NCBI GenBank assembly: GCA_964035545.1
Contig: OZ037765.1
Coordinates: 35,550,080 to 35,614,079 of the forward strand
DNA from: Bugula neritina
Lineage: Eukaryota; Animalia; Bryozoa
DNA length: 64,000 bases
Reading direction: 5' to 3'
Below are positions 1 to 21,808 of the stretch, piece after piece (within the stretch, counting starts at the first letter, position 1; every line of letters starts with the position of its first letter). The notes beneath the pieces are model-generated. The model was given only the letters and a program-made list of their open reading frames with translations, searched no databases and was not told the DNA's origin. A program made the position numbers and the translations under genes.

Positions 1-3000
1 CTAGTTAGTAGTCAGAGTGTACTAGTTAGTAGTCAGAGTATACTAGTTAGTAGTCAGAGTATATTAGTTAGTAGTCAGAGTATACTAGTTAGTAGTCAGA
101 GTATACTAGTTAGTAGTCAGAGTGTACTAGTTAGTAGTCAGAGTATACTAGTTAGTAGTCAGAGTATACTAGTTAGTAGTCAGAGTATACTAGTTAGTAG
201 TCAGAGTATATTAGTTAGTAGTCAGAGTATACTAGTTAGTAGTCAGAGTGTACTAGTTAGTAGTCAGAGTATACTAGTTAGTAGTCAGAGTATACTAGTT
301 AGTAGTCAGAGTATACTAGTTAGTAGTCAGAGTATACTAGTTAGTAGTCAGAGTATACTAGTTAGTAGTCAGAGTATATTAGTTAGTAGTCAGAGTATAC
401 TAGTTAGTAGTCAGAGTGTACTAGTTAGTAGTCAGAGTATACTAGTTAGTAGTCAGAGTATACTAGTTAGTAGTCAGAGTATACTAGTTAGTAGTCAGAG
501 TATACTAGTTAGTAGTCAGAGTATATTAGTTAGTAGTCAGAGTATACTAGTTAGTAGTCAGAGTATACTAGTTAGTAGTCAGAGTACACTAGTTAGTAGT
601 CAGAGTATACTAGTTAGTAGTCAGAGTATACTAGTTAGTAGTCAGAGTATACTAGTTAGTAGTCAGAGTATACTAGTTAGTAGTCAGAGTATATTAGTTA
701 GTAGTCAGAGTATACTAGTTAGTAGTCAGAGTATACTAGTTAGTAGTCAGAGTATACTAGTTAGTAGTCAGAGTGTACTAGTTAGTAGTCAGAGTGTACT
801 AGTTAGTAGTCAGAGTATATTAGTTAGTAGTCAGAGTATACTAGTTAGTAGTCAGAGTACACTAGTTAGTAGTCAGAGTGTATTAGTTAGTAGTCAGAGT
901 GTACTAGTTAGTAGTCAGAGTATACTAGTTAGTAGTCAGAGTATATTAGTTAGTAGTCAGAGTATACTAGTTAGTAGTCAGAGTATACTAGTTAGTAGTC
1001 AGAGTATACTAGTTAGTAGTCAGAGTATACTAGTTAGTAGTCAGAGTATACTAGTTAGTAGTCAGAGTATACTAGTTAGTAGTCAGAGTGTATTAGTTAG
1101 TAGTCAGAGTATATTAGTTAGTAGTCAGAGTATACTAGTTAGTAGTCAGAGTACACTAGTTAGTAGTCAGAGTACATTAGTTAGTAGTCAGAGTATACTA
1201 GTTAGTAGTCAGAGTATACTAGTTAGTAGTCAGAGTGTACTAGTTAGTAGTCAGAGTGTACTAGTTAGTAGTCAGAGTATACTAGTTAGTAGTCAGAGTA
1301 TACTAGTTAGTAGTCAGAGTATACTAGTTAGTAGTCAGAGTATACTAGTTAGTAGTCAGAATGTACTAGTTAGTAGTCAGAGTGTATTAGTTAGTAGTCA
1401 GAGTATACTAGTTAGTAGTCAGAGTATATTAGTTAGTAGTCAGAGTATACTAGTTAGTAGTCAGAGTATACTAGTTAGTAGTCAGAGTATATTAGTTAGT
1501 AGTCAGAGTATACTAGTTAGTAGTCAGAGTATACTAGTTAGTAGTCAGAGTATACTAGTTAGTAGTCAGAGTACACTAGTTAGTAGTCAGAGTATATTAG
1601 TTAGTAGTCAGAGTATACTAGTTAGTAGTCAGAGTATACTAGTTAGTAGTCAGAGTATACTAGTTAGTAGTCAGAGTGTACTAGTTAGTAGTCAGAGTAT
1701 ACTAGTTAGTAGTCAGAGTACACTAGTTAGTAGTCAGAGTATATTAGTTAGTAGTCAGAGTATACTAGTTAGTAGTCAGAGTGTACTAGTTAGTAGTCAG
1801 AGTATATTAGTTAGTAGTCAGAGTATACTAGTTAGTAGTCAGAGTATACTAGTTAGTAGTCAGAGTATACTAGTTAGTAGTCAGAGTATACTAGTTAGTA
1901 GTTAGAGTATACTAGTTAGTAGTCAGAGTGTACTAGTTAGTAGTCAGAGTGTACTAGTTAGTAGTCAGAGTATACTAGTTAGTAGTCAGAGTGTACTAGT
2001 TAGTAGTCAGAGTATACTAGTTAGTAGTCAGAGTATACTAGTTAGTAGTCAGAGTATACTAGTTAGTAGTCAGAGTGTACTAGTTAGTAGTCAGAGTATA
2101 CTAGTTAGTAGTCAGAGTATACTAGTTAGTAGTCAGAGTGTGTTAGTTAGTAGTCAGAGTATATTAGTTAGTAGTCAGAGTATATTAGTTAGTAGTCAGA
2201 GTGTACTAGTTAGTAGTCAGAGTATACTAGTTAGTAGTCAGAGTATACTAGTTAGTAGTCAGAGTATACTAGTTAGTAGTCAGAGTATACTAGTTAGTAG
2301 TCAGAGTGTACTAGTTAGTAGTCAGAGTGTATTAGTTAGTAGTCAGAGTATACTAGTTAGTAGTCAGAGTATACTAGTTAGTAGTCAGAGTATACTAGTT
2401 AGTAGTCAGAGTATACTAGTTAGTAGTCAGAGTATACTAGTTAGTAGTCAGAGTATACTAGTTAGTAGTCAGAGTATACTAGTTAGTAGTCAGAGTGTAC
2501 TAGTTAGTAGTCAGAGTGTACTAGTTAGTAGTCAGAGTATATTAGTTAGTAGTCAGAGTATATTAGTTAGTAGTCAGAGTATACTAGTTAGTAGTCAGAG
2601 TATACTAGTTAGTAGTCAGAGTATACTAGTTAGTAGTCAGAGTATATTAGTTAGTAGTCAGAGTATACTAGTTAGTAGTCAGAGTATACTAGTTAGTAGT
2701 CAGAGTATACTAGTTAGTAGTCAGAGTATACTAGTTAGTAGTCAGAGTATACTAGTTAGTAGTCAGAGTATACTAGTTAGTAGTCAGAGTATACTAGTTA
2801 GTAGTCAGAGTATACTAGTTAGTAGTCAGAGTATACTAGTTAGTAGTCAGAGTATACTAGTTAGTAGTCAGAGTATACTAGTTAGTAGTCAGAGTATATT
2901 AGTTAGTAGTCAGAGTATACTAGTTAGTAGTCAGAGTATACTAGTTAGTAGTCAGAGTATACTAGTTAGTAGTCAGAGTATACTAGTTAGTAGTCAGAGT

Positions 3001-6000
3001 ATATTAGTTAGTAGTCAGAGTATACTAGTTAGTAGTCAGAGTATACTAGTTAGTAGTCAGAGTATACTAGTTAGTAGTCAGAGTATACTAGTTAGTAGTC
3101 AGAGTATACTAGTTAGTAGTCAGAGTATACTAGTTAGTAGTCAGAGTATACTAGTTAGTAGTCAGAGTATACTAGTTAGTAGTCAGAGTATATTAGTTAG
3201 TAGTCAGAGTATACTAGTTAGTAGTCAGAGTATACTAGTTAGTAGTCAGAGTATACTAGTTAGTAGTCAGAGTATACTAGTTAGTAGTCAGAGTATACTA
3301 GTTAGTAGTCAGAGTGTACTAGTTAGTAGTCAGAGTATACTAGTTAGTAGTCAGAGTATACTAGTTAGTAGTCAGAGTGTACTAGTTAGTAGTCAGAGTA
3401 TACTAGTTAGTAGTCAGAGTATATTAGTTAGTAGTCAGAGTATACTAGTTAGTAGTCAGAGTATATTAGTTAGTAGTCAGAGTATACTAGTTAGTAGTCA
3501 GAGTATACTAGTTAGTAGTCAGAGTATATTAGTTAGTAGTCAGAGTATATTAGTTAGTAGTCAGAGTATACTAGTTAGTAGTCAGAGTGTACTAGTTAGT
3601 AGTCAGAGTATACTAGTTAGTAGTCAGAGTATACTAGTTAGTAGTCAGAGTGTGTTAGTTAGTAGTCAGAGTATATTAGTTAGTAGTCAGAGTATATTAG
3701 TTAGTAGTCAGAGTGTACTAGTTAGTAGTCAGAGTATACTAGTTAGTAGTCAGAGTATACTAGTTAGTAGTCAGAGTATACTAGTTAGTAGTCAGAGTAT
3801 ACTAGTTAGTAGTCAGAGTGTACTAGTTAGTAGTCAGAGTGTATTAGTTAGTAGTCAGAGTATACTAGTTAGTAGTCAGAGTATACTAGTTAGTAGTCAG
3901 AGTATACTAGTTAGTAGTCAGAGTATACTAGTTAGTAGTCAGAGTATACTAGTTAGTAGTCAGAGTATACTAGTTAGTAGTCAGAGTATACTAGTTAGTA
4001 GTCAGAGTGTACTAGTTAGTAGTCAGAGTGTACTAGTTAGTAGTCAGAGTATATTAGTTAGTAGTCAGAGTATATTAGTTAGTAGTCAGAGTATACTAGT
4101 TAGTAGTCAGAGTATACTAGTTAGTAGTCAGAGTATACTAGTTAGTAGTCAGAGTATATTAGTTAGTAGTCAGAGTATACTAGTTAGTAGTCAGAGTATA
4201 CTAGTTAGTAGTCAGAGTATACTAGTTAGTAGTCAGAGTATACTAGTTAGTAGTCAGAGTATACTAGTTAGTAGTCAGAGTATACTAGTTAGTAGTCAGA
4301 GTATACTAGTTAGTAGTCAGAGTATACTAGTTAGTAGTCAGAGTATACTAGTTAGTAGTCAGAGTATACTAGTTAGTAGTCAGAGTATACTAGTTAGTAG
4401 TCAGAGTATATTAGTTAGTAGTCAGAGTATACTAGTTAGTAGTCAGAGTATACTAGTTAGTAGTCAGAGTATACTAGTTAGTAGTCAGAGTATACTAGTT
4501 AGTAGTCAGAGTATATTAGTTAGTAGTCAGAGTATACTAGTTAGTAGTCAGAGTATACTAGTTAGTAGTCAGAGTATACTAGTTAGTAGTCAGAGTATAC
4601 TAGTTAGTAGTCAGAGTATACTAGTTAGTAGTCAGAGTATACTAGTTAGTAGTCAGAGTATACTAGTTAGTAGTCAGAGTATACTAGTTAGTAGTCAGAG
4701 TATATTAGTTAGTAGTCAGAGTATACTAGTTAGTAGTCAGAGTATACTAGTTAGTAGTCAGAGTATACTAGTTAGTAGTCAGAGTATACTAGTTAGTAGT
4801 CAGAGTATACTAGTTAGTAGTCAGAGTGTACTAGTTAGTAGTCAGAGTATACTAGTTAGTAGTCAGAGTATACTAGTTAGTAGTCAGAGTGTGTTAGTTA
4901 GTAGTCAGAGTATATTAGTTAGTAGTCAGAGTATATTAGTTAGTAGTCAGAGTGTACTAGTTAGTAGTCAGAGTATACTAGTTAGTAGTCAGAGTATACT
5001 AGTTAGTAGTCAGAGTATACTAGTTAGTAGTCAGAGTATACTAGTTAGTAGTCAGAGTGTACTAGTTAGTAGTCAGAGTGTATTAGTTAGTAGTCAGAGT
5101 ATACTAGTTAGTAGTCAGAGTATACTAGTTAGTAGTCAGAGTATACTAGTTAGTAGTCAGAGTATACTAGTTAGTAGTCAGAGTATACTAGTTAGTAGTC
5201 AGAGTATACTAGTTAGTAGTCAGAGTATACTAGTTAGTAGTCAGAGTGTACTAGTTAGTAGTCAGAGTGTACTAGTTAGTAGTCAGAGTATATTAGTTAG
5301 TAGTCAGAGTATATTAGTTAGTAGTCAGAGTATACTAGTTAGTAGTCAGAGTATACTAGTTAGTAGTCAGAGTATACTAGTTAGTAGTCAGAGTATATTA
5401 GTTAGTAGTCAGAGTATACTAGTTAGTAGTCAGAGTATACTAGTTAGTAGTCAGAGTATACTAGTTAGTAGTCAGAGTATACTAGTTAGTAGTCAGAGTA
5501 TACTAGTTAGTAGTCAGAGTATACTAGTTAGTAGTCAGAGTATACTAGTTAGTAGTCAGAGTATACTAGTTAGTAGTCAGAGTATACTAGTTAGTAGTCA
5601 GAGTATACTAGTTAGTAGTCAGAGTATACTAGTTAGTAGTCAGAGTATATTAGTTAGTAGTCAGAGTATACTAGTTAGTAGTCAGAGTATACTAGTTAGT
5701 AGTCAGAGTATACTAGTTAGTAGTCAGAGTATACTAGTTAGTAGTCAGAGTATATTAGTTAGTAGTCAGAGTATACTAGTTAGTAGTCAGAGTATACTAG
5801 TTAGTAGTCAGAGTATACTAGTTAGTAGTCAGAGTATACTAGTTAGTAGTCAGAGTATACTAGTTAGTAGTCAGAGTATACTAGTTAGTAGTCAGAGTAT
5901 ACTAGTTAGTAGTCAGAGTATACTAGTTAGTAGTCAGAGTATATTAGTTAGTAGTCAGAGTATACTAGTTAGTAGTCAGAGTATACTAGTTAGTAGTCAG

Positions 6001-7950
6001 AGTATACTAGTTAGTAGTCAGAGTATACTAGTTAGTAGTCAGAGTATACTAGTTAGTAGTCAGAGTGTACTAGTTAGTAGTCAGAGTATACTAGTTAGTA
6101 GTCAGAGTATACTAGTTAGTAGTCAGAGTGTACTAGTTAGTAGTCAGAGTATACTAGTTAGTAGTCAGAGTATATTAGTTAGTAGTCAGAGTATACTAGT
6201 TAGTAGTCAGAGTATATTAGTTAGTAGTCAGAGTATACTAGTTAGTAGTCAGAGTATACTAGTTAGTAGTCAGAGTATATTAGTTAGTAGTCAGAGTATA
6301 TTAGTTAGTAGTCAGAGTATACTAGTTAGTAGTCAGAGTATACTAGTTAGTAGTCAGAGTATACTAGTTAGTAGTCAGAGTATACTAGTTAGTAGTCAGA
6401 GTATACTAGTTAGTAGTCAGAGTATACTAGTTAGTAGTCAGAGTATACTAGTTAGTAGTCAGAGTGTACTAGTTAGTAGTCAGAGTATATTAGTTAGTAG
6501 TCAGAGTATACTAGTTAGTAGTCAGAGTATATTAGTTAGTAGTCAGAGTATACTAGTTAGTAGTCAGAGTATACTAGTTAGTAGTCAGAGTATACTAGTT
6601 AGTAGTAAGAGTGTACTAGTTAGTAGTCAGAGTATACTAGTTAGTAGTCAGAGTATATTAGTTAGTAGTCAGAGTATATTAGTTAGTAGTCAGAGTATAT
6701 TAGTTAGTAGTCAGAGTATATTAGTTAGTAGTCAGAGTATACTAGTTAGTAGTCAGAGTATACTAGTTAGTAGTCAGAGTATACTAGTTAGTAGTCAGAG
6801 TATACTAGTTAGTAGTCAGAGTGTACTAGTTAGTAGTCAGAGTATACTAGTTAGTAGTCAGAGTATACTAGTTAGTAGTCAGAGTATATTAGTTAGTAGT
6901 CAGAGTATACTAGTTAGTAGTCAGAGTGTACTAGTTAGTAGTCAGAGTATACTAGTTAGTAGTCAGAGTGTACTAGTTAGTAGTCAGAGTATACTAGTTA
7001 GTAGTCAGAGTATACTAGTTAGTAGTCAGAGTATACTAGTTAGTAGTCAGAGTGTACTAGTTAGTAGTCAGAGTATACTAGTTAGTAGTCAGAGTATACT
7101 AGTTAGTAGTCAGAGTATACTAGTTAGTAGTCAGAGTATACTAGTTAGTAGTCAGAGTATACTAGTTAGTAGTCAGAGTATACTAGTTAGTAGTCAGAGT
7201 ATATTAGTTAGTAGTCAGAGTATATTAGTTAGTAGTCAGAGTATATTAGTTAGTAGTCAGAGTATATTAGTTAGTAGTCAGAGTATACTAGTTAGTAGTC
7301 AGAGTATACTAGTTAGTAGTCAGAGTATACTAGTTAGTAGTCAGAGTATACTAGTTAGTAGTCAGAGTATACTAGTTAGTAGTCAGAGTGTACTAGTTAG
7401 TAGTCAGAGTATACTAGTTAGTAGTCAGAGTATACTAGTTAGTAGTCAGAGTATATTAGTTAGTAGTCAGAGTATACTAGTTAGTAGTCAGAGTGTACTA
7501 GTTAGTAGTCAGAGTATACTAGTTAGTAGTCAGAGTGTACTAGTTAGTAGTCAGAGTATACTAGTTAGTAGTCAGAGTATACTAGTTAGTAGTCAGAGTA
7601 TACTAGTTAGTAGTCAGAGTGTACTAGTTAGTAGTCAGAGTATACTAGTTAGTAGTCAGAGTATACTAGTTAGTAGTCAGAGTATACTAGTTAGTAGTCA
7701 GAGTATACTAGTTAGTAGTCAGAGTATACTAGTTAGTAGTCAGAGTATACTAGTTAGTAGTCAGAGTATATTAGTTAGTAGTCAGAGTATACTAGTTAGT
7801 AGTCAGAGTATACTAGTTAGTAGTCAGAGTATACTAGTTAGTAGTCAGAGTATACTAGTTAGTAGTCAGAGTATATTAGTTAGTAGTCAGAGTGTACTAG
7901 TTAGTAGTCAGAGTATACTAGTTAGTAGTCAGAGTGTATTAGTTAGTAGT
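1..7950. repeat. Giant 21-bp minisatellite CTAGTTAGTAGTCAGAGTATA (about 378 copies, truncated by the window edge) in a RABEP1 intron
   Basis: Perfect 21-bp periodicity; ends at the minus-strand donor GTATGT (7957). Confidence 0.99.
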
Positions 7951-7957
7951 TACATAC

Positions 7958-17778
<9,821 letters not shown>

Positions 17779-17794
17779 CTGCAGCACAAAAACA

Positions 17795-17910
17795 TCAGTC
17801 ACATGGTTATTCCTACTTGTACCAGTAGTGAATCAGTCACAAGGTTATTACTACTTGTACCAGTAGTGAATCAGTCACATGGTTATTCCTACTTGTACCA
17901 GTAGTGAATC
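17795..17910. repeat. 38-bp repeat x3 next to the RABEP1 first coding exon
   Basis: TCAGTCACATGGTTATTCCTACTTGTACCAGTAGTGAA. Confidence 0.9.
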
Positions 17911-18511
17911 AACAGCCAAATCAGAACATCATTTACTGTTAGCACAGAGTGTTTGTATTACTCAGCTAATCCTACCACTATTAGTATGACCATTACCATG
18001 AAGTGATCAGTCTTAGCCATAGTATAAGTTACTTAATTATCATTATGATAAATAGTAGTGTTTACACTTTATTTACTTCAACTATTACCATTAGTCTATT
18101 CTAATAACAGTACAATAGTAATCATACTCATAAGACTACATATACAGAGGATCACAATAATACCAACTTGTAGTGTACTCACTCACACCTGCCAACATCA
18201 GGTATGAACATGATTCATAGCCATGCCTAATAGTAATAAACTTAAAGTTACGCCAAATGTAACTGGCAGACCATGGCAAACTGAGTTATACGTATACAGT
18301 TAATGTTATACTTATAGTTATTGCATTTGCTAGTTTTTGTGGTAGTAGTCCTCTCAGTTACTAACAGTAATGCTAGGTCTAACAGCATGAGTAACATTAA
18401 CAGTTACTGAGTTAGTGTAAGTGCTACGCCTACAGTAACTCAACTTCAAGTTACAAGACGTTATTGACTTGAAAACTATGGGAGCTTCTAAAGTTTATAC
18501 ATTGATATTTA

Positions 18512-18755
18512 AAAATTTAAGTTTTATTTAATTCTATTTTAATAGTAATACTGATAGTAATAGTAATACTAATACCAAGAGTAAGTCTAGTACAGCACTA
18601 ATACTAAATCTTAATATAATACTAATAGTAATAGTATTAGTATTATATTAAGATTTAATATTAGTGCTGTGGCCTACTAGACTTACTCTTAGTATTAGTA
18701 TTACTATTACTATCAGTATTACCATTTAAATAGAACAAAATAAAACTTAAATTTT
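18512..18755. repeat. Long imperfect inverted repeat (about 115-bp arms, about 7-nt loop)
   Basis: 18512-18627 is the reverse complement of 18635-18755, with a few mismatches and one short indel. Confidence 0.9.
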
Positions 18756-20800
18756 CAAAATTATTAAATTAGTAATACTATTGCTATTACTTTACTATAA
18801 AAATGAGTATAATTAGTATAACTATTAATATTACTATTAGTAATATTAATAGTTATACTTGCAGTTATAGTAATAGTAATACTAATACTATTACTATTAG
18901 TATTACTATTAGACCTACTCTTACTCTTAGTATTAGTATTACTAATTTACCAATTTTAAATCTTGATCTTGATTGGGTTTAAGTCCCAAGACCTGTCGGA
19001 GAGAAAATTAATCACCATTACTTTCTCATAACCATAATGATGATGATTTAGATAATGATCATCATAATCAAAATGACTATCATTTCGATAATCATAATGT
19101 AAAACTCAAAATCAAACTCAAAGTCATCAGTCAAACTAAATGAAAATTAATATGTGATTCAATTTCACTGTCGATCAATAGCACCAGCAGGGGCAGCGTG
19201 GCATCGCACTCAGTTGTATTTTACTTTTTTACTTTGCACAAACAATATTTCAAGTATAACGCTAATAGTAATCACTATTTCATGACGATGATAAATATCA
19301 ATATGAATATCTAAACTTTCCACCACTGAAAAGTAGTAATTCAGTTTCCGGTTTATTGTTACCAGACAATATTAAATTATGCTATTTGTTTAATAAGAAC
19401 CTTGACATACTTGCATATTATGTCGCTTTATAAAGACTTTTGTAGAGGCTATGACCACCCCGATGTAATTTAAGCGAATTCGGCTATATTCTTGTTGCTT
19501 GCACTTCGACCCTTGAAGACTGTAGATTCTTGTGCTGGGCCTGTAGACACTCCCACTGTTACTGTTCGGTAGTAATACTAATAGTCTTAATAGTAAAACT
19601 AAATGTAATAGTAGCACTATAGTACTATTAGTTATTACTAATACTAATAGTAATACTATTACTTATAGTTATAGGCTAAGACTATAGTTGAGTTATAAAT
19701 TTAGAGTTTTACTAAATAATAATGAGTGTTAGTTTTAAGTGTTAGCTCAAAGTCAATCACATAATAATTTTGCAGTACATTTTTAAAGTGATAATGAGCT
19801 TTGATAGTCAGAGAACAAACCAGGCCAAATTGAAATTAAAGAGTGCAAAATGGCTAATAAATAACTAGTATAAGTATTTTGATTTAGATTATCGATTATC
19901 AATATTAATTTTAAATAAATAAATTTAATAATTTTATTAATATTAGTATTACTATTAGTATTAGATAATTATAAATATAATTAACTATAATTATTATAAA
20001 TATAATTTTTAATACTATAGTGATACTAATACTGTAATAGTAATACTAATAGTAATACTAAAAATAAATCTAATTCTATAGTTATAGTAATAGAACTACT
20101 TAATAGTTAATAGTAATACCAATTATTGGTCTAATTTTAAGTGTAATACTAATAGTAATACTAATAGTAATTCACTATTACTATTAGTAATTATGAATCA
20201 CCAAAACTAAAATTAAATGCTACGCTTATAGTTATAGTAATCACTATTATATAAATGTTATTATAGGTTATGGTTAAATTATATTTTGATTTTAATCCAG
20301 TGTTTGCGTAAATTTAATCTTATATTGAGTCTTATACTAATTAATAGTAATAGTTATACTTATTCGTTATCATTATAATTAAATTTAATATTATAGATGT
20401 AATTAATAGTATAGTCACTATTAATACTATACTTAAACTTAAAGTTTATACTATTGTTAATAGTAAGACAAAGTGATTTAATTCTATGCGTTTAACATAA
20501 ACTAAAATATTGCAGTTACTATTAGACTTAGTATTACTAGTATTACTATTTGTGTTAGTGATTAGAGTTTAGGCGGTTAATCTTGCAGTAACAGAGTTAG
20601 CGATTAGATTTATTTTTAGTAATTACTAATTAGACTATTAGACTGATTAAACTGTATTTTGACTGTTGTACTTGCTGTTAGTTCATGTGCTACTTAATAT
20701 GAAATTTAAATTTGATGATTTTTGTCATGCTTATAATAAATTTAGTTGTTACTTACTCAATATTACTACGTAAGTATTACATATTTTTATCAGTTATTAC

Positions 20801-21568
20801 TATTAGTATTAGTCTGTATTAGTATTACTCTGTATTAGTATTACTCTGTATTAGTATTACTCTGTATTAGTATTACTCTGTATTAGTATTACTCTGTATT
20901 AGTATTACTCTGTATTAGTATTACTCTGTATTTGTATTACTCTGTATTTGTATTACTCCGTATTAGTATTACTCTGCATTAGTATTACTCTGCATTAGTA
21001 TTACTCTGTATTAGTATTACTCTGTATTAGTATTACTCTGTATTAGTATTACTCTGTATTAGTATTACTCTGTATTAGTATTACTCTGCATTAGTATTAC
21101 TCTGCATTAGTATTACTCTGTATTAGTATTACTCTGTATTAGTATTACTCTGTATTAGTATTACTCTGCATTAGTATTACTCTGCATTAGTATTACTCTG
21201 TATTAGTATTACTCTGTATTTGTATTACTCTGTATTTGTATTACTCCGTATTAGTATTACTCTGCATTAGTATTACTCTGCATTAGTATTACTCTGTATT
21301 AGTATTACTCTGTATTAGTATTACTCTGTATTAGTATTACTCTGTATTAGTATTACTCTGTATTAGTATTACTCTGTATTAGTAATACTCTGTATTAGTA
21401 TTACTCTGTATTAGTATTACTCTGTATTAGTATTACTCTGTATTAGTATTACTCTGTATTAGTATTACTCTGTATTAGTATTACTCTGTATTAGTATTAC
21501 TCTGTATTAGTATTACTCTGTATTTGTATTACTCTGTATTTGTATTACTCTGTATTTGTATTACTCTG
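20801..21568. repeat. 16-bp minisatellite TATTAGTATTACTCTG upstream of the SCP2 ATG exon
   Basis: About 47 copies. Confidence 0.96.
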
Positions 21569-21808
21569 TTCTTGGTCTGCAGTAAACATGCCCTCATATA
21601 ATTGTTCAGTTCATAAAGTTATATTTTTAATACTAATGAATATAATATAACTAAATATGACTAGTAATGATAGTTATACTAACAGTAACCTACTAAAACA
21701 GTAACATTCAGTAACCATAACATTAGTATCATATCAATCGAACACTATATCTGATATTATTTTATATGTAGTCAATTATTTATGAAATTTCAGAATCACA
21801 AAGTCAAG

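Noticed and set aside
1-7950. Telomeric or subtelomeric repeat (TTAG-containing)
   Set aside because: The unit is 21 bp without TTAGG/TTAGGG and begins exactly at a splice donor of an unfinished gene.
19181-19200. CTCF-like motif CACCAGCAGGGGCAGC
   Set aside because: One base short of the core spacing; single weak match.
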